DNA of 64,000 nucleotides, from assembly GCF_015259125.1 (NCBI RefSeq), contig NZ_JABZGR010000005.1; one strand, written 5' to 3'. Below are positions 41,505 to 50,143 of the stretch, one piece after another (positions within the stretch are counted from its first letter, which is position 1; each line of letters starts with the position of its first letter). Under the pieces are notes generated by a model. The model was not told the DNA's origin and searched no databases. It saw only the letters and a list, made by a program, of their open reading frames with translations. The position numbers and the translations under genes were made by a program. Source of the stretch: Alloprevotella tannerae (GTDB lineage Bacteria; Bacteroidota; Bacteroidia; Bacteroidales; Bacteroidaceae).

Positions 41505-43037
41505 ATGGATGACAGATTTATCGAACAATCGAAAGAGATTGCAAACAACTTTATACAAAATATAGTATTTATTGACGACAAGGCATATAAAGAAGACTCC
41601 ACCAATAATGCCTTTAGTACGTTGGATGTATCAAATGCATTTGCAAAAACAGGTAAAATTTGTGCCATATACGCGCCCCAATCCGTTTCGGATATAGATA
41701 GCTACAATGTTATTTTGAGAAAAGCTGATGTGGTTATTTTAGATTGGTATTTAAATATTGAAAGAGACGCGGAACAACAGTTAGATCCTGATGCGGATGC
41801 AGAGAATGATGAACCTCGAGGAGAATTTACTTTAAAATTACTAAAACAACTTACAAGTGATGCCGGGACTGATAAGTTAAAATTGATCATAGTATATACG
41901 GGAGAAACAAGAATTTCAGACATTAAGGATGAAATTATAAACAATATTGATTCGGACTCATTTAAAGTTAACGATTATACGATAAAGTCTTCAAATGTTT
42001 GTATTATAATCCGTGCAAAAGCCGGAAAAAATTTCGAACACATACCGGAATACAAGCCATTGATCGTAGAATATGATAAACTTCCAGAGCTAATATTAAC
42101 GGAGTTTACTAATCTAACCAACGGACTTTTATCCAACTTTGCTTTATCGGCAATAACCACAATTAGAAATAATACATCAAAAATATTAGGCAGTTTTTCT
42201 CCTAAGTTAGATCCGGCTTATTTAGGACATCGAGTAAATCTTCCTAATCCGAATGACGCTAAAGAACTTTTAGTGCAACTGTTTGGTGATGCGATAGCCG
42301 AATTAATTGGAAGCGAAAATATCGATACAAATACATGGGTTGAGAATTGGATACACAATCGAATAGAGGAAAAGACTATAAACCTTGCCGGGAAAAATTT
42401 AACCGTCAATCAAAAAATTTTGTGTCAAATTATTAGTGCCGTTTCGCCTGATTTAAATACCAAAATTGACTCTGCGACCAAAATAAGTTTAGGGAAAAAG
42501 GCTCCTAAACTTGCGTCACAACTTTTCCAGTATGGAGATATTCAAATAGAAGATTCCGATATTTCTTTTGCAAAACTAACTCATCATAAGAATATATTTC
42601 TTCCACAACAAAAAAGGCCGATGCTTACGCTTGGTACAATTATCAAGAATATTAGCTCTAATCTTTATTACATTTGTATGCAACAAAGATGTGATTCCGT
42701 TCGAATACAAGGAGAAAGACGATTCTTATTCTTGCCGTTAGAACAAAATGAAGAACATTACTCAATTATAGTCAGCAAAGAATCTAAATTTAGAATAAAC
42801 GAATCTTCGTATGCTCTAAAAACCATCAAATTCAGAGCAAATAATGATGAACAGGCGATATATGCAGTAAAGAATGATAATGGTAAATATTTATTTACTT
42901 CCATCCATCAAGAACAATATGAATGGGTTGTAGACTTAAAAGAAATGCATGCCCAACGTATTGTGAATAATTATTGTGCGCAGTTGTCCCGTGTAGGATT
43001 AAATGAATCCGAATGGTTGAGATTACAAGCCAAATAA
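41505..43037 (+). CDS. 511-aa protein with a receiver (REC)-like N-terminal domain and an uncharacterised C-terminal region
   Basis: NIVFIDDKAY (beta1, DD), ADVVILDWYL (candidate phospho-acceptor Asp), LKLIIVYTGE (beta4, Thr). Unusually long acidic insert after the Asp. It starts 4 bp after the upstream stop. The start at 41505 (MDDRF) was chosen over 41421. Confidence 0.45.
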   Translation: MDDRFIEQSKEIANNFIQNIVFIDDKAYKEDSTNNAFSTLDVSNAFAKTGKICAIYAPQSVSDIDSYNVILRKADVVILDWYLNIERDAEQQLDPDADAENDEPRGEFTLKLLKQLTSDAGTDKLKLIIVYTGETRISDIKDEIINNIDSDSFKVNDYTIKSSNVCIIIRAKAGKNFEHIPEYKPLIVEYDKLPELILTEFTNLTNGLLSNFALSAITTIRNNTSKILGSFSPKLDPAYLGHRVNLPNPNDAKELLVQLFGDAIAELIGSENIDTNTWVENWIHNRIEEKTINLAGKNLTVNQKILCQIISAVSPDLNTKIDSATKISLGKKAPKLASQLFQYGDIQIEDSDISFAKLTHHKNIFLPQQKRPMLTLGTIIKNISSNLYYICMQQRCDSVRIQGERRFLFLPLEQNEEHYSIIVSKESKFRINESSYALKTIKFRANNDEQAIYAVKNDNGKYLFTSIHQEQYEWVVDLKEMHAQRIVNNYCAQLSRVGLNESEWLRLQAK

Positions 43038-43041
43038 CACA

Positions 43042-43461
43042 ATGTCTGATATTTTTTCTTCTCAAAAGCGATCGGATATTATGTCTAAAATCAGTGGAAA
43101 AAACACAAACCCGGAGATTTTAGTTCGTAAGTTTTTATTTTCAAAAGGATTCAGATATCGTATTAATGTCAAAATATTGCCGGGTAAACCTGATATAGTT
43201 TTACCTAAATATAAAACAGTAATATTTATAAACGGATGTTTTTGGCATGGACATAATTGTAAAAAGGGGAAATTACCATCCTCAAATATAGATTTTTGGA
43301 AGGAAAAAATATCAAACAACAAATCACGTGATGATAAAAATTCCGATTTACTTGTAAAACTCGGCTGGAAAGTTATAATTATATGGCAATGTGAAGTTAG
43401 TAAGATTGATAATAGGATAAAAATACTTAATAAGTTACTGGAAGATATCAAACAACAATAA
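43042..43461 (+). CDS. vsr: Very-short-patch repair endonuclease Vsr
   Basis: KRSDIMSKI matches E. coli Vsr RSKNMRAI. FINGCFWHGHNC matches Vsr FTHGCFWHHHHC. 139 aa. Confidence 0.9.
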   Translation: MSDIFSSQKRSDIMSKISGKNTNPEILVRKFLFSKGFRYRINVKILPGKPDIVLPKYKTVIFINGCFWHGHNCKKGKLPSSNIDFWKEKISNNKSRDDKNSDLLVKLGWKVIIIWQCEVSKIDNRIKILNKLLEDIKQQ

Positions 43462-44001
43462 TCACGAGATATTAAATCTAAAATACAAATGCATTAATCG
43501 AGAAAATATATGAAAAACTTATTCTATAATTCGGGTTTTAGTCTTATCTTTGCAGTAAAGAGTTCTTTGAAGGTTACGCAAAGCACAGAAGGATAATGCA
43601 GTAGATAACTAACTAAATCGTAACCTATTACTATCAAGAGCGATTAACCTACACTCATTTCCTATAAATTACACTCTTTTCGTAACTTCATGCTACAAAG
43701 ATATAAAATAATGGGCTTACACACTTTTATTGGACGGATAGAGCGGTGCTCCCCGAAACTGTCCATTGCCAAGAACTTCCTCTTCGCCTGCATTCCTCTC
43801 TTCGGGGTGTAGATTAGGGGCATCTACGTATGCAGTCTGCGGTTGAGCTTCATCCACATTACACCGAAGAACCTTACGAGTTCGCCCTCCGTCATGGTAA
43901 TGCCTCCGTTTCCTTTTCGGACAACATGCATATCGTCTCCCCAATCAAGGTAACTGCGCTGATTGGTTACGCGTGCTTTTTTTTGTGAGTATTGATTGCT
44001 T

Positions 44002-45321
44002 TCATACCGTCTCCTCCTTTCTTTCATTTGAACTGACAACCAATGGTATTGTCTTAGTGTTTGTTGCTGCTTCCACATCTGCATTTGCCATATTTTTGTC
44101 CTTAGCCTTGTACTTGGCGATGAGCCTGTCCATGTCCTCCGAAATCTTATTATCGGTTATCTGTGCATAGATTTGTGTGCTGGCGATAGAGGTGTGCCCC
44201 ATCATCTTGGCAATGCTCTCTATGGGAATACCAGCACTCAGACTCATCATACCGAAAGTGTGACGTGCCATGTGGTATGACAACCGCTGTCTGACACCGC
44301 AAGCCTTGCCCACGATGTTCAGCTTGCTATTTAAAACACTGCGGCTGCAATCACAGTTGAAAACATGGCTGACGCCTTTTTCTTTCACCGTCTGCTGTTC
44401 TTCGTTTCCTGCCTGCGCATTCCTGCAATGGCTGATGATAGTTTCAGCTATGGGATGTAACGGCACGACAAACTCAACCTTTGTCTTCTGACGCTCCTTG
44501 CGTATATATCTCTGTCCGTCTGCTGCCGTTTGGATATGGCTGTATTCCAAATTTTCCATATCAGCGATAGCCATACCTGTGAAGCAGGAGAAGACGAACA
44601 TCAGCCGAGCCAATTCCGATTCTCTGTCGTTCATCGTCATTGCCATGAGTTTCATTACATCGCCCTTTTGCAAGAAGCGTATCTTCTTTTCCTCCTTCTC
44701 ATACTTGGCGTTCTCAAAGGAATTGCAGCGGATAATCCTCCTGCTCACCGCACGAAACATCAGTCGGCTCAGCCAACAGAGATTGGTATAGACAGTCGAT
44801 GCTTTCAGCCCACGCTTCTTAAGAAAGAAGCGGTATTCCTCAAAGAAACTCTCCGTAATGGTGGAGATAGATATGTCTTGTACTCCTTTGTTATCGATAA
44901 ATTCTCGGAGATTTCTATCAGAATAGTAAAGGTTCAGATAAGTCCCCTCTGCCCTTGACTTTCCAACGCTTTCCTTGACAGCTTGCAGTTCCGCCTTGCT
45001 CATTGCAAGGAGCGTGGTGGGGTTGGTGGCAATGCCTTGCAAACTGTTCTTGATAAGTTCCACACTTACCACTCCTTCCATCGTCAGTATGTCCCGATAG
45101 GTTCTTTCTATCAATTCCCTGAACTCATTGATTCTTTGGTTGGTCTTCCTATTGGTTGTCAAACCCTGTTTGGTGTTCCACTCGGAGGGATTGCACTCTT
45201 CACCTGTGCTAATGGCTGTGCTCTTTCCGTCGATGGTGATACGGCAGAGAATGGCGGTATTGCCGTCTGCCTTTGTTTTCTGTCTGTTGATATAGAATAG
45301 AGTCTTGAATGTACTTCTCAT
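44002..45321 (-). CDS. Tyrosine site-specific integrase (Bacteroides IntDOT/IntN1-like)
   Basis: HMARHTFGMM...GHTSIASTQIYAQI (R/H-x-x-R/Y catalytic box). The N-terminus MRSTFKTLFYINRQKTKADGN is typical of Bacteroides integrases. Confidence 0.85.
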   Translation of the reverse strand: MRSTFKTLFYINRQKTKADGNTAILCRITIDGKSTAISTGEECNPSEWNTKQGLTTNRKTNQRINEFRELIERTYRDILTMEGVVSVELIKNSLQGIATNPTTLLAMSKAELQAVKESVGKSRAEGTYLNLYYSDRNLREFIDNKGVQDISISTITESFFEEYRFFLKKRGLKASTVYTNLCWLSRLMFRAVSRRIIRCNSFENAKYEKEEKKIRFLQKGDVMKLMAMTMNDRESELARLMFVFSCFTGMAIADMENLEYSHIQTAADGQRYIRKERQKTKVEFVVPLHPIAETIISHCRNAQAGNEEQQTVKEKGVSHVFNCDCSRSVLNSKLNIVGKACGVRQRLSYHMARHTFGMMSLSAGIPIESIAKMMGHTSIASTQIYAQITDNKISEDMDRLIAKYKAKDKNMANADVEAATNTKTIPLVVSSNERKEETV

Positions 45322-45349
45322 AATGATTTTAGTTTTTATATGTCTATTG

Positions 45350-46579
45350 CTAAATACTCATCTGCATATCCTCCGTGAAAGAAAGGAAACGATTAAACTC
45401 CTCAAAGAGTTTTTGGGGTGTAACCTTTGCATAACGCTCGGTCATACTTACGTTGCTATGTCCGAGCATCTTGCTCACCGTTTCTATTGGAACTCCTTGC
45501 TCAAGCGTGATAAGCGTGGCAAAGGTGTGTCTTGCAGTATGCGTGGTAAAGGGAAAGGCTATACCCTCTCTAAGGCGCAATGCTTTAAGATACGATTGAT
45601 AGGTGGCATACTTCATCTGTGGCAGCAGCGTTTCCCTTTCTTCGCTTCGATACTTCTCTATTATCCTAATCGCTTCGGGCAACAACTTAATACGGCAAAG
45701 TACACCTGTCTTCTTCCTATTGAACTTCATCCAAAGATTTTCCTCATCATCACGGACAAGATGTATCTTACTTAATCCCATTAAATCACAATAGGCTGCA
45801 CCTGTATGACAGGCAAAAACAAACAAATCCCTTGCTGTTTCCATTTCTTCCTCCAACTCTCCGAAGTGGGTATTCATTAGTTTGTCAAGTGAACGTCTGT
45901 CAAGTGCCTTTGGGAGTTTCTTATCACCTCTTGCTATCTTTACATTAGCAAATAATAAGGTGTCAGCCAATCCTTCACGGTATGCCAACCTGCATACGGT
46001 CTTTATTTGGGATGCAACTGCATAGAAACTACTTTCCTGTAACCCTAATTTGTTCAAGTTGTAGTCCCTGAAATCATAAATGAAATTTTCTGTAAGTTGC
46101 GAGAAAGACAAATCTTCCACCTTGTACTTGTCTTCGATAAATGTCCGAAGATTATTACGGGTAGTATAGTAATTGGAAATTGTTTCTCTCTTAATGTCAA
46201 TTCCAATATGTTCTTTCTTCTCCCTGATGAGGATGTCCAATCGTTCGATAAGCATACATCGTGTCTGTACGCTGCCTTGAAACAGTTCCTTTACATCGGT
46301 TGCGTCAAATGGGCAACCTTTGGAAAGTAAGGCTTGATAAGCCGACTGAACAGACAACAGCAAACTCTCCAACCTGCCGTTTATCTCTACTGCCTCACGA
46401 CTCTTGCCGTCCACTCTACTCTCACGGGGATTCCACAACTCTGGATTGCAGGAGAGTTTACAACTGAACTGGGCAACATTCCTTCCAAGTGTGATACGTC
46501 CCATAATCGGAGCCTTGCCCGACTTGTCAAGACCGCTCTTTTTGAGGTAGAGCAACACCTTCATTTTCTCTTGTTTCAT
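45350..46579 (-). CDS. Tyrosine site-specific integrase, second tandem copy
   Basis: HTARHTFATL...GHSNVSMTERYAKV. N-terminus MKVLLYLKKSGLDKSGKAPIMGRI. Confidence 0.85.
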   Translation of the reverse strand: MKQEKMKVLLYLKKSGLDKSGKAPIMGRITLGRNVAQFSCKLSCNPELWNPRESRVDGKSREAVEINGRLESLLLSVQSAYQALLSKGCPFDATDVKELFQGSVQTRCMLIERLDILIREKKEHIGIDIKRETISNYYTTRNNLRTFIEDKYKVEDLSFSQLTENFIYDFRDYNLNKLGLQESSFYAVASQIKTVCRLAYREGLADTLLFANVKIARGDKKLPKALDRRSLDKLMNTHFGELEEEMETARDLFVFACHTGAAYCDLMGLSKIHLVRDDEENLWMKFNRKKTGVLCRIKLLPEAIRIIEKYRSEERETLLPQMKYATYQSYLKALRLREGIAFPFTTHTARHTFATLITLEQGVPIETVSKMLGHSNVSMTERYAKVTPQKLFEEFNRFLSFTEDMQMSI

Positions 46580-46883
46580 ACGCTTTAATTTTTATGGGCA
46601 AAGTTACCCGAATTAAAGCGTTCCTCACTTATGCAGAAAACTGCCGACCACAGCAACAGCCACACGAGCGAAAATAATTTGGTCACCTATTTCTTCTCCA
46701 TCGTTACCAACATCAAAACAAGGTAACACTCTGGTAACTGAACTTCTGCCTAAATCTGCATATTCCTGCCCTTTACAAATAGAGCAGTCTTATGCAAATC
46801 ATTTCGTTTCCATCTCATTATCAGTTAGTTTATGTCAACTTCGACATTTTTTCATTTTCATTGATTAGTTACAGAAAAATTGT

Positions 46884-46943
46884 CGTACCATCACGATGGT
46901 ACATTCGTCCTCTCACAATGGTACAAGTAATTTATCACGATGC
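46884..46943. repeat. Dispersed near-palindromic intergenic repeat, copy D, at the right edge of the mobile element
   Basis: cgtaccatcacgatggtacattcgtcctctcacaatggtac...ttatcacgatg. Confidence 0.65.
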
Positions 46944-47100
46944 AAATCTTGAAGTAAAAGATCTCGGTTTTCAGTTCCTAAGCAACTGCAAAGCAAAAGT
47001 AAACTTAAGTGTTATGAAAAGGGAGATATTAAGAAAAGTATAAGGCAGAGTAGCATTGAAAAGACGGATAGTTTTGACTTATTATAGTGTAAATCTCACT

Positions 47101-48075
47101 CTAATGAATCATTTTACCTCTTTCTTTCTCATATAGTTGCCACGAATTATATATATTGTGCCAAATAGCATAGGTGGCGCCGGCCAAAGATGTGACCGGG
47201 TTGAGAAACGTAAAGCTGATCCACATTTCAAAAGCCGTGTTTTTTTGTCCCAAAGATTGACCTGCGCCTATCCTACATTTATATTTGCGCCCGATTTTAT
47301 GACCTAATGAAAATTGAATCAGGCAGCAGAGTGCGGAAATGGTGGCTATACAGAAAAAGTCGAAGAGCGTGATGTCGCTGTGTACGATATATTTGGTGGC
47401 AAGTGTGATAGAAATAGCTAAAGAAACGGCCCAAATATAAAAAGCCAAATCTTTCGTGCGTGTAACCTTTTGATGTAGTCTATGGAAGAACTTCTGCGTG
47501 ATGACAGCACTGAAGAAAGGTAGAATCAACATTGGAAATATTTGAGCCAGAATACGGCAGGAGGCGGAGAAAAAGGTTATACCTTCTTGGGGATAGATAA
47601 GGGGCAGGCCAAGGGGTAGACATAGTGCAACAGATAGGTTGATGAGTATACAGTAAGTCGTAAGTCCTGCCACGTCGCCGCCTAATTTTTGTGTGATAAC
47701 AGGTGCCGCTGTCGCCGTAGGCGTAATAAAACAGAGCAAGACCGACTCCCATAATAACTTTTCCGGAATCTGCGGGAAGAGATAGAGTAGCAGGATAATA
47801 GAACCATAAATAAGCATTTGAATAAGAAAGAGCCACAAATGCCAGACCTTGAATCTGATCTCTCGCAGATTGATCTTGCAGAATGCAATGAAGAGCATCG
47901 CAAAGATTAGACAGGGCTGGATGATCGGGAGTGCGATGTTGGCAAATTTATGCGTGCTGTCTAAGAAGGGAATGTTGATATAAATAAAATAACTGAGGAC
48001 GCCTGCAATCATTGCAATTAAGAGAGTCCATGATTTCAGCGTTTGTTTAATGTCCATTTTTATGTTCCTTTTCAA
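47101..48075 (-). CDS. Polytopic membrane protein, possibly a BASS/AEC-type transporter
   Basis: 324 aa, many hydrophobic segments. The family is not verified. Confidence 0.3.
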   Translation of the reverse strand: MKRNIKMDIKQTLKSWTLLIAMIAGVLSYFIYINIPFLDSTHKFANIALPIIQPCLIFAMLFIAFCKINLREIRFKVWHLWLFLIQMLIYGSIILLLYLFPQIPEKLLWESVLLCFITPTATAAPVITQKLGGDVAGLTTYCILINLSVALCLPLGLPLIYPQEGITFFSASCRILAQIFPMLILPFFSAVITQKFFHRLHQKVTRTKDLAFYIWAVSLAISITLATKYIVHSDITLFDFFCIATISALCCLIQFSLGHKIGRKYKCRIGAGQSLGQKNTAFEMWISFTFLNPVTSLAGATYAIWHNIYNSWQLYEKERGKMIH

Positions 48076-50080
48076 TTGCTAATAATTCGTCGCGCAATTG
48101 TGCTGCCAAGACAAAATCTAAATGCTCTGCAGCAGTTTTCATTTGCTTCTCCAGACGCGCGTGGCGCTCCTCGTATGTTTCTTTTTTTCCATACACGGCT
48201 TGATCTTCTGCAGCTTTGAGCGTGGATGTTTGTCGTAGATCGTAAGTTGTCGTGCTCTTCTCGCTTTGCCGTGCTTCGGATAGCTCTGTCAGTTGGTTGG
48301 TCTTGATTTTCTTTTTGATTTGCCGGGGTTTCAAGTGGTGCTGCTCGTTGTAAGCTATCTGCTTCGCACGTCGCCGATTGGTCTCATCGATCGTCTGTTG
48401 CATAGACGTGGTAATACGGTTGGCATACATAATCACCCGCCCATTGACGTTTCGTGCAGCTCGACCGGCAGTTTGCGTCATGCTTCGCGTACTTCTCAAA
48501 AAACCTTCTTTATCGGCATCTAAAATAGCAACTAAGGCTACTTCCGGTAAGTCCAAACCTTCGCGTAAGAGGTTCACGCCGACTAAAACATCATACGTTC
48601 CTTTACGGAGATCCTCCATAATGCGCACGCGCTCTAAGGTATCTATGTCGCTATGGATATAAGCTGTCTTAATCCCGTTCTTTAGTAGATAGTCGGTGAG
48701 TTCTTCTGCCATCTTTTTCGTTAGCGTAGTCACCAAAATGCGCTCTTCTCGCTCAATGCATTGCCGTATTTCCTCCATTAAATCATCAATGGGGTAGTCG
48801 TTTGGGCGTACCTCGATCGGAGGGTCGAGTAAGCCGGTGGGACGAATAATTTGCTCGACGATGACTCCTTCGCTCTCTTGTAATTCATAGTCGTCAGGCG
48901 TTGCGCTTATGTAGATAACCTGCTTGGCCATTTGATGAAATTCATCGAAAGTAAGCGGTCGGTTATCTAATGCAGCCGGTAGGCGGAAACCATAATTGAC
49001 TAAGTTGACCTTACGATGACGATCACCTCCCCACATTGCACGAATCTGAGGCACAGTAACGTGACTCTCGTCGATTACTATTAAGAAATCTTCCGGGAAA
49101 AAGTCTAAAAGGCAGTAAGGTCTTGTGCCGGGCGATCGCCCATCAAAGTAGCGGCTGTAATTTTCGATGCCGCTGCAATGCCCCAGCTCTCTAATCATTT
49201 CTATATCGTATGAAACGCGCTCATTCAGTCGCTTGGCTTCAAGCATCTTGCCCTCTTCTTCAAATTTTTGCACTTGTTCTACTAAATCATCTTGAATAGA
49301 GCGGATGGCAAGCTCTTGTGTTTCTTTAGAAGTTAAGAATAAATTGGCCGGATAGACCTTATATTCCTCAAACGTAGCGCTTCGATAACCCGAAAGTGCA
49401 TCAATCTCTTCTATTGTATCGACATCGTCACCCCAAAACGTAACACGGATGATCTCTTCCGTATAGGCCAGGTATATATCTACGGTGTCGCCGTTCACAC
49501 GAAAGTTACCGGATTTCGGTGCTACGTCATTGCGGGTATAAAGACTGGCTATAAGCTTTTGCAAAAGTTGAGTTACTCCTATATAAGAGCCAACTTTGAG
49601 GTCTATAACATTCTCATAGAACGCCGCCGGATTGCCCATACCGTAAATACAACTGACCGAACTGACCACAATCACGTCCTTTCTGCCTGATAAGAGCGCC
49701 GAAGTTGCCGCTAATCGCAAGCGGTCAATCTCTTCATTGATGGCCATATCCTTTTCTATATAAAGGTCCGACGAGGGAATGTAAGCTTCCGGTTGATAAT
49801 AGTCGTAGTAAGAAACGTAATACTCTACGGCGTTTTCCGGAAAGAAATCTTTGAACTCTGTATACAATTGAGCGGCCAAAGTTTTATTGTGGCTCAGGAC
49901 AAGTGTTGGCTTGTTCAAGTTCTTAATCACATTGGCTATTGTAAAAGTCTTGCCGGAACCGGTTACTCCTAAAAGCACCTGTGCCGGAGTTCCGGCTTGT
50001 GCTCCTGCGGTTAAGGCTTCGATAGCCTCAGGTTGATCGCCGGTGGGTTGATATTCTGAGTGTAGTTTAAAAGCAGACAT
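48047..50080 (-). CDS. uvrB: Excinuclease ABC subunit B
   Basis: N-terminus ...PTGDQPEAIEAL. Walker A GVTGSGKT. UvrB C-terminal hairpin and UVR domain. 677 aa. Confidence 0.92.
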   Translation of the reverse strand: MSAFKLHSEYQPTGDQPEAIEALTAGAQAGTPAQVLLGVTGSGKTFTIANVIKNLNKPTLVLSHNKTLAAQLYTEFKDFFPENAVEYYVSYYDYYQPEAYIPSSDLYIEKDMAINEEIDRLRLAATSALLSGRKDVIVVSSVSCIYGMGNPAAFYENVIDLKVGSYIGVTQLLQKLIASLYTRNDVAPKSGNFRVNGDTVDIYLAYTEEIIRVTFWGDDVDTIEEIDALSGYRSATFEEYKVYPANLFLTSKETQELAIRSIQDDLVEQVQKFEEEGKMLEAKRLNERVSYDIEMIRELGHCSGIENYSRYFDGRSPGTRPYCLLDFFPEDFLIVIDESHVTVPQIRAMWGGDRHRKVNLVNYGFRLPAALDNRPLTFDEFHQMAKQVIYISATPDDYELQESEGVIVEQIIRPTGLLDPPIEVRPNDYPIDDLMEEIRQCIEREERILVTTLTKKMAEELTDYLLKNGIKTAYIHSDIDTLERVRIMEDLRKGTYDVLVGVNLLREGLDLPEVALVAILDADKEGFLRSTRSMTQTAGRAARNVNGRVIMYANRITTSMQQTIDETNRRRAKQIAYNEQHHLKPRQIKKKIKTNQLTELSEARQSEKSTTTYDLRQTSTLKAAEDQAVYGKKETYEERHARLEKQMKTAAEHLDFVLAAQLRDELLAIEKEHKNGH

Positions 50081-50143
50081 TCTTTTTAATAGAAATGCAA
50101 AGATAGAGAATTTTATCCCTACCTTTGCCTAACGCTTAAACAA

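Larger units (their letters stand above)
34160..46880. mobile_element. Integrated mobilizable element (Bacteroides NBU/MTn-like), about 12.7 kb. It has two tyrosine integrases, mob genes and a defence cargo. The ends are approximate.
   Basis: Contiguous block of DUF3408, mobA-like, relaxase (pseudo), oriT-like repeats, the C-M-ATPase-REC-Vsr operon and two tandem integrases. It is flanked by housekeeping purL (left) and uvrB (right). Exact att sites were not identified. Confidence 0.7.

Noticed and set aside
43462-44001. A 540-bp spacer between vsr and the first integrase with two overlapping minus-strand ORFs (43717-43944 and 43824-44084). I considered it a possible frameshifted excisionase or HTH gene.
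   Set aside because: No HTH or excisionase signature is visible. One ORF overlaps the integrase C-terminus in another frame. It is treated as decayed or non-coding, which a BLASTX could revisit.
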